DNA from: an uncultured archaeon
GTDB taxonomy: Archaea; Asgardarchaeota; Thorarchaeia; Thorarchaeales; Thorarchaeaceae
Assembly: GCA_964610875.1 (NCBI GenBank)
Contig: CAZSWP010000029.1
Location: 1 to 32,399 of the forward strand
Length of the DNA: 32,399 bases
Direction of reading: 5' to 3'
Each line of letters begins with the position of its first letter. Position 1 is the first letter of the stretch. The translations under genes were made by a program, and so were the position numbers. Below, one piece after another: positions 17,240 through 26,133 of the stretch. A model generated the notes under the pieces. The model was not told the DNA's origin and did no database searches. It worked only from the letters and a program-made list of their open reading frames with translations.

Positions 17240-17485
17240 CTACTGTTTTTTTATCAGAAATCTCTGAACGCCATGTTCCATGCGCTCAAACGAAATTAGT
17301 TCATGGCCGGTTCTTTTGCAAAATCGTTTGATGTCCTCTTCTGCAGCTGGGTCATCAGAGAGCATCTCTAGTACTTCTCCCATCTCTAACTCATCAATCT
17401 TCTCACGTGTTTGAAAGAGTGGTTGTGGACAATACAGTCCTGTACAATCTAGGAGTTTTGTCACTGTTTCGGTCATCTTGGTCAC
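17240..17485 (-). CDS. tusA: Sulfurtransferase TusA/SirA family
   Basis: LDCTGLYCPQP (CPxP) and GEVLEMLSDDPAAEEDI; alternative ATG at 17476. Confidence 0.92.
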   Translation of the reverse strand: MTKMTETVTKLLDCTGLYCPQPLFQTREKIDELEMGEVLEMLSDDPAAEEDIKRFCKRTGHELISFERMEHGVQRFLIKKQ

Positions 17486-17627
17486 AACTAACTATGGTTG
17501 ATTTCAAGTTTACTATAGTTAATATGCTTTATAACTCTATGGATTGCTAGAAATGAGATTGGTTGCCTCATCAGCAAGAACTTATGGAGGTTTCATTTTC
17601 TACAGAATGAATAGGGGTGGTTCTTCT

Positions 17628-18818
17628 ATGTCATCAAAAATACAGAAAGAAAAAACGATACAAGCATGTGAAATCTTGAGAGAGTTAGATATGGATATGT
17701 GGCTAGTCTGGGTCAGAGAAACCTCACAGATGGCTGATCCTGTGCTTGACTTAGTTCTTGGTGGGGATCTTGTCTGGCAATCCGCGTTGATTTTCACAAA
17801 AGATGGTCCAAAGGAGGCGATTGTTGGTAACTTTGATTCTGATGGCATTGAAGCAAAGGGAATATTCAATAGCATCACTCCATATGTCAAGGGGATAGCA
17901 GACCCACTTAGGGAGTCTTTGAAGAATCATGATCCTTCTTCTATTGGAGTTAATTATAGCGTAAATGACGTTGCTGCCGATGGACTCACCTATGGTATGT
18001 ATCAGATTCTAAAGGACTACTTGAAGGATACAAAATATACCGACCGACTTGTAAGTGCAGAAGAAGTTGTGACAAAACTTCGTGGTCGAAAGACCCCATC
18101 TGAGATTGGATATATTCAGAGAGCAGTGGATATCACTGAGGAAATCTTTCAGAAGATAGAATCAGAACTGCGTGTAGGTATGTCCGAACTCAGTATCTAC
18201 AGACTTATGCATGAGATGATGGAAACTTATGGCGTTGGAAATGCGTGGCATGCTGATCATAATCCTGCTGTTGACGCTGGACCAAACAAGCAGTTTGGAC
18301 ATGCCGGTCCAACTGAAAACAAGACAAAAGCAGGACATCTATTGCATTTTGATTTTGGTGTAAAATTCAATGGTTATTGTTCAGATATTCAACGGATGTT
18401 CTTTTTTGGTCCAGAGAACGAGGTACCGTCTGAGGTGCAGGATGCTTTTGAAGCAGTCAAAGGAGCAATCCAAGCTGCAGCCAAATTCATTGCACCCGGT
18501 AAGAAAGGTTATGAAGTTGATGCAATAGCTCGTGACTATGTTAAAGAACGAGGATATGAGGAATACCAGCACGCACTCGGGCATCAAGTGGGTCGTCATG
18601 CTCATGATGGCGGAGGTCTCTTAGGTCCACTCTGGGAGCGTTATGGAAACACACCAAAGATTGCAGTGGAAGAAAGCAATGTGTTTACCCTTGAACTCTA
18701 TGTGACAACTGAGAACTATGGTCAAGTTAGTCTGGAGGAAGATATCGTCGTTACAAAGACTGGATGTAAATTCCTTTCTAAACCTCAAGAAGCTCTAATT
18801 TGTATATCAAATACGTAG
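17628..18818 (+). CDS. Xaa-Pro aminopeptidase (M24 family)
   Basis: DFG...GYCSDIQR, HALGHQVG..HD, TLE and LEEDIVV metal ligands; GGGGTGG SD before ATG 17628. Confidence 0.9.
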   Translation: MSSKIQKEKTIQACEILRELDMDMWLVWVRETSQMADPVLDLVLGGDLVWQSALIFTKDGPKEAIVGNFDSDGIEAKGIFNSITPYVKGIADPLRESLKNHDPSSIGVNYSVNDVAADGLTYGMYQILKDYLKDTKYTDRLVSAEEVVTKLRGRKTPSEIGYIQRAVDITEEIFQKIESELRVGMSELSIYRLMHEMMETYGVGNAWHADHNPAVDAGPNKQFGHAGPTENKTKAGHLLHFDFGVKFNGYCSDIQRMFFFGPENEVPSEVQDAFEAVKGAIQAAAKFIAPGKKGYEVDAIARDYVKERGYEEYQHALGHQVGRHAHDGGGLLGPLWERYGNTPKIAVEESNVFTLELYVTTENYGQVSLEEDIVVTKTGCKFLSKPQEALICISNT

Positions 18819-19060
18819 CAATGCTTTACAAAAAACATATATCTAGTGAAATCATACGCCTATTATTTCGAAAGCCTGATCGGAAAAAGGAAAGAGTTGT
18901 GTTGTCAGAAGCCGCAAAAAAGCTGAGAGAGAAATATCTCCAGTCATACATGATGAGGAATTGGATCTCTAGCAAGCTACAAAAACTGAATCAAAGTCAG
19001 ATACAGGAGATCTATGGATTGGTAAAGGAATGGACTGGTGAAGAAATGCCATCATCCTAA
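18800..19060 (+). CDS. Small hypothetical protein (true start probably near 18899)
   Basis: Helical ORF filling the gap between convergent genes; no recognised motif. Confidence 0.45.
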   Translation: MYIKYVAMLYKKHISSEIIRLLFRKPDRKKERVVLSEAAKKLREKYLQSYMMRNWISSKLQKLNQSQIQEIYGLVKEWTGEEMPSS

Positions 19061-19072
19061 AATCTTGGAAAT

Positions 19073-19867
19073 CTAATCCATTGAACCTGTTTTGTATCCA
19101 TAAGAGTCAAAAGTAATATAATCGAAACCTAGACTCTTGCCTATGTCCGAAATTGAATCAAGCTTTTCTGTATCGAAAAGTAGATGTTTCTCATCATGAC
19201 CAACTTCAATTCTGACAAGGTTTCCGTGAATTCTTGCTCTTACCATTTTCACTCCAAATACAGATTGAATTATATTCTCCAATTCTTCAACAATAGCAAG
19301 CATCTCTGAAGTTATTCTAACTCCATATGGAATTCTTGTAGCTAGGCAACTCATAGAGGGTCTATGTGCAACACTTGGACACCTTTGTTGGAGGAATCCC
19401 CTAATCTCTTTCTTAGTGATATCAGCTTCAAGAAAGGGCGATCGAATATTGTTCTCTTTGAGAGCAGCTAAACCTGGTCTCTCACTATCGATATCACTAG
19501 CATTTGTACCTTCAACAATGATCTCGAAATTGTGTTGTCTTGCATATTCTGACCAGAGTTTAGCAAGTTCGCTTTTACATAGATAACACCTGTTCTTTGG
19601 ATTAGTGATAAGGCTTTCATGCTCAAGCCATTTGAATGATAGAATATCATGGTCTATCCCTAGTTCTTTGGATAGACTCTTTGCATAATCAATCTCTGTA
19701 GCACTGACCTCGCTAGCAATTGTCAGTAGCTTTACATATTCAGCTACATCAGATGCAATGATTGCTAATGCAGTACTGTCTACGCCCCCACTAAAAGCAA
19801 TTAACACTCTCTTATCTCTTAAAGCATCTCTGACCCTATCAAATTTCTTTATTGTACTATCCATCAA
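19073..19867 (-). CDS. larE: ATP-dependent sulfur transferase LarE family
   Basis: PP-loop SGGVDS; NPKNRCYLCK; EGTNASD; RPG; CLATRIPYG; C-terminal GYKTGSMD. Confidence 0.9.
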   Translation of the reverse strand: MMDSTIKKFDRVRDALRDKRVLIAFSGGVDSTALAIIASDVAEYVKLLTIASEVSATEIDYAKSLSKELGIDHDILSFKWLEHESLITNPKNRCYLCKSELAKLWSEYARQHNFEIIVEGTNASDIDSERPGLAALKENNIRSPFLEADITKKEIRGFLQQRCPSVAHRPSMSCLATRIPYGVRITSEMLAIVEELENIIQSVFGVKMVRARIHGNLVRIEVGHDEKHLLFDTEKLDSISDIGKSLGFDYITFDSYGYKTGSMD

Positions 19868-19930
19868 TATTCGATTCCCTCATGATATTGATTGACTTAA
19901 GATTTAACATACCGATAGTGTGAAAAAATT

Positions 19931-21769
19931 CTAGTCCATATAGGGGTCTTCATCACTGAATGTGCCAAGGTAACCGAAATCTTCTAGGATTTCATCAATA
20001 CTCTGTGCAGATTCAGACCAGACTACTTTCCATTCGCCATCCTTCTCAAGAGTTAGATGCACGTCAGGAAGGTCTCCAAGCAGATTGTGATTCATTTCGA
20101 TAACATCTTGATAGGCACCAGTGAGACCTACTACAAAATATGACCCCTGTACATTTTTCAGATATCCCACGGGGATCCCATCACCCATCTCTTGTGTATT
20201 CATAGTGAGTGGACGATAATCTCTCGTGAACCATATCTCTCCTGCTCCTTTGCGATGAAATTGTGAGAACTCTCCATCTGAGTCACAAGTAATGTCTACT
20301 AGACGAATTGTAGTTTCTGGTCTAACATGAAGGTCTCTTATAGGAAATATTGGAAAATGTTGCTTCACAAGAACCCAATCGCCAATACTATTGAAAACAC
20401 TGAAATTACCTATTACTATATGATCCGGATACCAAAGCCTTTCGATGAGTGCATCTGGTTTTAACCCACTAGCTCCAAGACGTACTAAATGCTCGCGGAC
20501 AACTGACCTAAGTAATCCAATCACCGCTTCTCTACTATATAACGCTTCTAGATTATTTTCGATTCCACTATATTCTGTTTGGAATTCGCTCCAAAGGTCT
20601 ATTAATTCGTTGACTGATGTTGTAGCAGAAAATTTGTTTTTCCAATCATTATAAACAGTCTTTTCATCATCACTAAACTCGGAATCTTTTGGAAATACAG
20701 ATCTGACCTCCAGAGCTTTTATGACTATCAGTGAACTGAGAGCTGTGATTCCCCTTCCAGATTCTATCATAATATCTGGTACTACTTCATCTCCCGGTTT
20801 CTTATCAGTGACATCCTGAACGCCATCTACTAGTGCTTGTGCATAAAGTTCGAAGAGATTGGGTTGATGAGTACTTGTATAATCAATAGCTAAGCCTCCT
20901 CCGAAGTCAATCTTTCTGAGTTTATTCAGCCCCATCTCCTGTAACTCAAAAAATGCATGTGTCATGAATGTGGAAAATTTCCTGAAGTCCTCAATCGCTG
21001 TTATTTGTGAGCCCACATGTCCGAGAATTGTAGTCACACAATCAATGTGTCCAGTTTCTTTTAGAAGAACAATCACATCTAGAAGATCATGGATACTCAG
21101 ACCAAACTTTGAATCACGACCTGCTGAATGTGACCAATGCCCTCTGACTGTGAGGTATGGTTTTATTCTTAGCACGATGTTGGTCTTCTCAATAGGGAGG
21201 ATATCCACTATCAGTTTTGCCTCATGCAATGACTCCACAGAAACTGCGATGTTATATCCTTCTTCAATGAACATCTTAATGGTCCGTAGATATTCAGGAT
21301 CCTTTGCACCATTGCATATTATCAGTCTGTGTTTCCCATCATCAAGGACACTCTTGATGAGATGAAGTTCAGCTTTTGTTCCTGCTTCCAGTCCATATTG
21401 TTCATCCGAGAGCAGCACAGGAAGAACTGTGTCCTTTCGCTGGTTTACTTTAACAGGATATACAGCACTGAACTCGCCTTCGTAAGATGCTTCACTTATT
21501 GCCTTTGAAAAGGCATCTTTGATCTTCTTGATCTGATATGCTATGAGCTGCGGAATTCTGAGAGTGAAGGAGGACGTGTATCCAGTCTTCTTTCCGTTCT
21601 CAATGTGGATCATATTTGTGAGCTCTTCAAAGGAGAGAGTCTTTCCAAAAAACCTGATGACAAGTTTTCCTTCATCATCAATGTCTAGGAAATGCAAATC
21701 GTTCTTTCCAATTCCATAGACCAGTTTCGATTTTTCTATTGACCACTCCTCTTTACTCATCATTTCCAC
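19931..21769 (-). CDS. speA: Biosynthetic PLP-dependent arginine decarboxylase
   Basis: YPVKVNQ (PLP Lys), EAGTKAEL, CNGAKD, SKFGL, HVGSQ, DFGGGLAIDY, ESGR, DITCDSDG, GAYQD..HNL. Start may be ATG 21763 or 21760. Confidence 0.88.
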   Translation of the reverse strand: MEMMSKEEWSIEKSKLVYGIGKNDLHFLDIDDEGKLVIRFFGKTLSFEELTNMIHIENGKKTGYTSSFTLRIPQLIAYQIKKIKDAFSKAISEASYEGEFSAVYPVKVNQRKDTVLPVLLSDEQYGLEAGTKAELHLIKSVLDDGKHRLIICNGAKDPEYLRTIKMFIEEGYNIAVSVESLHEAKLIVDILPIEKTNIVLRIKPYLTVRGHWSHSAGRDSKFGLSIHDLLDVIVLLKETGHIDCVTTILGHVGSQITAIEDFRKFSTFMTHAFFELQEMGLNKLRKIDFGGGLAIDYTSTHQPNLFELYAQALVDGVQDVTDKKPGDEVVPDIMIESGRGITALSSLIVIKALEVRSVFPKDSEFSDDEKTVYNDWKNKFSATTSVNELIDLWSEFQTEYSGIENNLEALYSREAVIGLLRSVVREHLVRLGASGLKPDALIERLWYPDHIVIGNFSVFNSIGDWVLVKQHFPIFPIRDLHVRPETTIRLVDITCDSDGEFSQFHRKGAGEIWFTRDYRPLTMNTQEMGDGIPVGYLKNVQGSYFVVGLTGAYQDVIEMNHNLLGDLPDVHLTLEKDGEWKVVWSESAQSIDEILEDFGYLGTFSDEDPYMD

Positions 21770-21785
21770 AGTCCCTTAAACTACT

Positions 21786-23225
21786 TCACTGCGAGTCTTC
21801 GTCTTTGATTGTGTCTAGCATGCCTTGGAAGGCACGGGCTAGTTCTCCAATCTCATCGTCCTTGCTTGTATATTCAGCATCAACTTGCAGGTCTGTTGTA
21901 TCCATCTTCTGTTGCTTTATCATTGCTTCGGCATTACGCATTGCCAATCCCATCAAGTAAGAGAGTGGTTTAGTAATCTGATTGGATACTGCGACAGCTG
22001 CAATTCCTGCAAGTACAATTCCTCCAATGGTAATGAAGAGTATGAATGAGGTTGCTGCAACATTTGTGGTTTGGATCCTTGCTTCTAGTGCTGGTATTGC
22101 AGCTTGTGCCTCAGCTACTGGGACTACGATTATGCAGATGTAATCCCCTTTCTCAAGAGGTGTATATGCAAGAATGTAATCTTCACTATCCTTTTCGAAC
22201 TCAATTACTCCAGTTTCTCCAGATGTAATGTCCACAAGCTGTGCAGTATTTAGTTCCTCAAAATCAGCTAATGCAGGTAGATTTGGATCATAGAATGCAT
22301 AGTCAGCATCATCAACATCTTGGTGTGCAACAATTCCTGCATCGGATGTGATTAGTGCTGCATACCCAGTATCAAGAACTTGAACATCTAGGATCTTGTT
22401 TCGGATATTCTCCACGGAGATGTCTCCCGCGATGATGCCCATTGTTGTGCCATTCTCGAAGTAGACCGCCTTTCCTATTGATATTAGTAAGACATTGTCA
22501 ATCGGGTCATAGTATGGTCCAACATACACAATGTCTCCACCACCAGCACGGATGTCCTGATACCAGTCTTCATCGGTGCAACGGAACTGCTGTGTTGGTG
22601 AATTTCTGATAATATCTGTGTCGCCCACGATGCTCCCCGGATAATTAATCCACATGTCATTCTCAAAGCCTACATAGAGCCATCTGAATTCAGGCATCTG
22701 AGTATGAGTATATTGGAACATATAGTCTAGATTGGAAACACTTCCGAGTAGATCAGAATATGTATCATTATAGTCTTCCCAATTCAAAGAATTAGAACCA
22801 GGAATATACCAACTACTGTAGTTCCAAGACACCTGAATTCCATAGCGTTCATCATAGTATGTATCTTCAGGATAAAGACCTGCGACTTGATTTTCAAAGA
22901 AATAATCATAGTAGGTTTCTCTGGGTGCAAATGTCGAGTCTGAAGACATTATTAATTGACATTCTTCCGCTAGTGCTTCAACCATCCCTTCTGCATTGGA
23001 AAGCTTTTGATCGATTACTAGTGCATTCTTTTCAGCTGTCAATTCTATGTTTCGTTTGATTTGAACCTCAAGAGCGTCAGAACTCTGTTCTGTTGTGTAT
23101 CCTCCAATCAAGTCCATGAAGAACAACGAAACAAAACCTGTTGAAGCCAGCGATATCACTGATATTACAAGGAATGTCACAATCACATTTCTTCGGAAAC
23201 TGCCTTTCTTTTCTGTATACGCCAT
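21786..23225 (-). CDS. Membrane sensor: TM-dCache-TM-HAMP, no output domain
   Basis: TM1 at about aa 13-36; WLYVG..YPG, DWY, GPYYD, GIIAGDI, GYAALI; TM2; ITKPL...DDEIGELARAFQGM HAMP, then stop. Confidence 0.85.
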   Translation of the reverse strand: MAYTEKKGSFRRNVIVTFLVISVISLASTGFVSLFFMDLIGGYTTEQSSDALEVQIKRNIELTAEKNALVIDQKLSNAEGMVEALAEECQLIMSSDSTFAPRETYYDYFFENQVAGLYPEDTYYDERYGIQVSWNYSSWYIPGSNSLNWEDYNDTYSDLLGSVSNLDYMFQYTHTQMPEFRWLYVGFENDMWINYPGSIVGDTDIIRNSPTQQFRCTDEDWYQDIRAGGGDIVYVGPYYDPIDNVLLISIGKAVYFENGTTMGIIAGDISVENIRNKILDVQVLDTGYAALITSDAGIVAHQDVDDADYAFYDPNLPALADFEELNTAQLVDITSGETGVIEFEKDSEDYILAYTPLEKGDYICIIVVPVAEAQAAIPALEARIQTTNVAATSFILFITIGGIVLAGIAAVAVSNQITKPLSYLMGLAMRNAEAMIKQQKMDTTDLQVDAEYTSKDDEIGELARAFQGMLDTIKDEDSQ

Positions 23226-23237
23226 TCATATCCCTCC

Positions 23238-26081
23238 TCAATAATCGTCTGTTGTTCCTCCCATTTCCAATTGTGCCATTAGTACTCCAACTTCTTGGAA
23301 TGCCTTTTGGATATCCAACCTTACATCACGACTATCAACTACTGAGAAATACTGTCCTTCAGGGACTGAGTCACAGACTGATTCCAATAATTCTTCAAAT
23401 GTCATCCTTCTCCCAGTTTCTGGCGAATATACATTAGCTTCTATATGTGATTTCAGTTCCTCACCTACACCTATGATTATCAGATTCGTGTCGAGATGTT
23501 TGTCCCTAATGAAGCCCTCAATAGTTAGAGCTCCTCTTTTCTTTCGTCGGTCTTTCTCAGTGAAGATGCCTTCTAAAGCATCGAGTGAGAACTTGGATGA
23601 AGAGTTATCCTGACCATCCGTCAATGCAATGATCCATCTATGCTCACTTGATTCAATCAGATTGAGGTCTTCGAGAGCCTTCCCTAGTGCATCATAGAAT
23701 GCAGTGGAGTAGTTTGGATATCGAAGGGAGTTGAGTGCTTTGATAATGGGACTATCTTCAGGATCATCATAGTTTCTCTTCCGTGTCAGTGGTAGTAGCT
23801 GTTGGTAGGTGTTGTTGAATACAATAATACTCACTTGGTCCTGTGGGTTCACTTGGCTCTCAAGAATCTCCTTGGCCCCCATAACGGCAGCTTTGATACG
23901 GTCTTGAGCGCGCATACTTCCTGAGTAATCAATCACAAAGACAACACTCTTTCTAAATTGAATTGACCTTCGAAGTTTTTCTGCCTTTCTTCGTATCTCA
24001 TGACTAGGCTCATCTAAGTGGTCAAGAACATCTGCAAGTTTTTTCATTGATGAAACAACAAGCCAGTGTTCTTCAACACGCTCTCCAAGGTTTATCGCTG
24101 CTTGGTAAGCTGCTTTAGCCTTCCTCCAATTTCTATTTTCCTTAAAGAAGTCACCCAGATGATGATTTATGTAAGCGAGACCTCGCTCATACATCTCTTC
24201 ATCAGCAATTCTAAGTGCCTCTTCAAATTTGGACTGGGCTTGGCTTGTTCTTCCTTCTCTCATAAGAACAAGACCCATTGCGTCTAAGCGTTTTGCTAAG
24301 CCTCTATTATTGCCAAGACTTGTATCCACTGCTTCGGCATCTTCAAGAAGTGAGAGTGCCTTTGCATAGTTACCTTTGTCCATCTCCACGAGCGCCATGT
24401 TGTGATAGACTGATGCAATCCTTACCATTGCATCGGTTTCATCATCTCCGTCTACCTTTGCTTTTTCAAGCATCTTTTGAGCTAGATCCAATGCTTTCTC
24501 ATAATATTCCAATGCGTTTCCAACGTCTCCTCGCTGGCGGAACACATTCCCAATATTGAGGTACATGGTCTGGATACCAACTTCGATATTCAATCTTTTA
24601 CTGATTTCCAAGAGATTTTGATAGTTCTGCATTGCTCGGTTCAGGTCACCACGGATGAATGCTTGATTTCCAAATCTCACTGCTTCTTGGAAACTAAGAA
24701 GGGCATCCACAGTTGTACCAATCTCTTCATACATTGCACCCGAAGCAGAAACACTTCTCGTGAAATCCTGTTTCGCCATTTTCTCAACGAGTTGCGTCAT
24801 TTCTTTGATTGGTTCTACAACAGCTTTTCCTCTTCTATAAGATGCCGTTGCAACAACCCCTGCTACAATAAGCAAAACGGCTCCAAGAACAATGGTGAGA
24901 AATGTGGTTTGACCTGTAACTGCGGCCAAGATTTGGGCAGCAGGTTCGATGACCTCAGAATATGGAACCACCAATGCTAAAAGAAATCCTGTGTTGTCTA
25001 TAGTTTCATACGTCAAATACCAAGTTTCTCTATTCTTCGTGTAGGAACTCTGTCCAGAGCCTTCTACAAGGGCAGTCGTTAATATTGTTTCAAATTCTGC
25101 TCTTTCAGTTACACTGTTGGAGCTTCCTGCAAACTCAAGATCATAAATTGTTTGACCTTCCTCAGTCAAATCATTGTGTGCGAGAATATCACCATCATCT
25201 TCAAGCAGGAATGCGTAGCCACTTTCAAGGATTGAAATGTCTAAGACATTGTCTAGTATTGTCTTAAGCATGACATCTGCTGATACGACACCAATTAACG
25301 TTCCATTATCGAAATAGATTGGTCTCCCTAAAGAAATAAGGAGGCCAGTCGATGGGTCTTCATATGGACTTGTAATGGCAATGCTATCATCATTCATTGG
25401 TATGGTTGCAGCATTGTCATACCATTCTTCCTCTGGTGGATCGTAGTCTCCAGCTAGGTCTAAGAAGTACTCAAGATTGTCATAAGGATAGTTTTTGAAA
25501 AGGTGGGAATTGCAAACACCAGGGTCAAATCCCATGTACAACCAGATATAGTCGTTACTCATCTCATGAAGTGATCTAAAAATATTGTCCATATTACTGG
25601 ATACATCTAGAAAGTATTGTGTTGTAGAATCCAAATCGAAAGGGTCACTAGGAGTTGGATAATGATTTCTGGGCATGTAGTAGCAACTTACTTCAAATGA
25701 GATATCATTCGAACCATACCTCTCTACATACCCTATATCTGGTACAAGATATCCGGTATTAGCAAATTCTTCGTCCGGGTCCCAAAAGTATGAGTGTTGG
25801 GGCGTAGCGCTGATTCTGCCGTTGAAAAGGTCTTCAGCATATTTTTCCATCATGTAAACGCCATCAATATAATTCTGCATTCTTTCTTCTATGAATTGAG
25901 ATGTATCATTTGCAAGTCTTTGCAAGTTCTCAATCTCTTCATTCTCAAGAGCTGCTGAAGCATCAACAGCATTCTCATTTGATACATTGAATATCGTTGA
26001 TGCTGATAACGTCGAGATGACAAGTATTGGTATTAACGAAACTGATACGAATATTATGACTATCCTTTTGCTGATATCCAT
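23238..26081 (-). CDS. Membrane sensor: TM-dCache-TM-HAMP-TPR-vWA
   Basis: dCache (WLYMG, EWY, SPYED, GVVSADV, GYAFLL); HAMP (VVEPI...EEIG); TPRs (YLNIGNVFRQRGDVGNALEYYEKAL); vWA VVFVIDYSGSM...TAFYDA...IIALTDG; GGAGG SD. Confidence 0.88.
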   Translation of the reverse strand: MDISKRIVIIFVSVSLIPILVISTLSASTIFNVSNENAVDASAALENEEIENLQRLANDTSQFIEERMQNYIDGVYMMEKYAEDLFNGRISATPQHSYFWDPDEEFANTGYLVPDIGYVERYGSNDISFEVSCYYMPRNHYPTPSDPFDLDSTTQYFLDVSSNMDNIFRSLHEMSNDYIWLYMGFDPGVCNSHLFKNYPYDNLEYFLDLAGDYDPPEEEWYDNAATIPMNDDSIAITSPYEDPSTGLLISLGRPIYFDNGTLIGVVSADVMLKTILDNVLDISILESGYAFLLEDDGDILAHNDLTEEGQTIYDLEFAGSSNSVTERAEFETILTTALVEGSGQSSYTKNRETWYLTYETIDNTGFLLALVVPYSEVIEPAAQILAAVTGQTTFLTIVLGAVLLIVAGVVATASYRRGKAVVEPIKEMTQLVEKMAKQDFTRSVSASGAMYEEIGTTVDALLSFQEAVRFGNQAFIRGDLNRAMQNYQNLLEISKRLNIEVGIQTMYLNIGNVFRQRGDVGNALEYYEKALDLAQKMLEKAKVDGDDETDAMVRIASVYHNMALVEMDKGNYAKALSLLEDAEAVDTSLGNNRGLAKRLDAMGLVLMREGRTSQAQSKFEEALRIADEEMYERGLAYINHHLGDFFKENRNWRKAKAAYQAAINLGERVEEHWLVVSSMKKLADVLDHLDEPSHEIRRKAEKLRRSIQFRKSVVFVIDYSGSMRAQDRIKAAVMGAKEILESQVNPQDQVSIIVFNNTYQQLLPLTRKRNYDDPEDSPIIKALNSLRYPNYSTAFYDALGKALEDLNLIESSEHRWIIALTDGQDNSSSKFSLDALEGIFTEKDRRKKRGALTIEGFIRDKHLDTNLIIIGVGEELKSHIEANVYSPETGRRMTFEELLESVCDSVPEGQYFSVVDSRDVRLDIQKAFQEVGVLMAQLEMGGTTDDY

Positions 26082-26133
26082 TTTTGCTCCTCCATATGAA
26101 TTATGAAATCATAAATTACTTGAAATAATCCTC

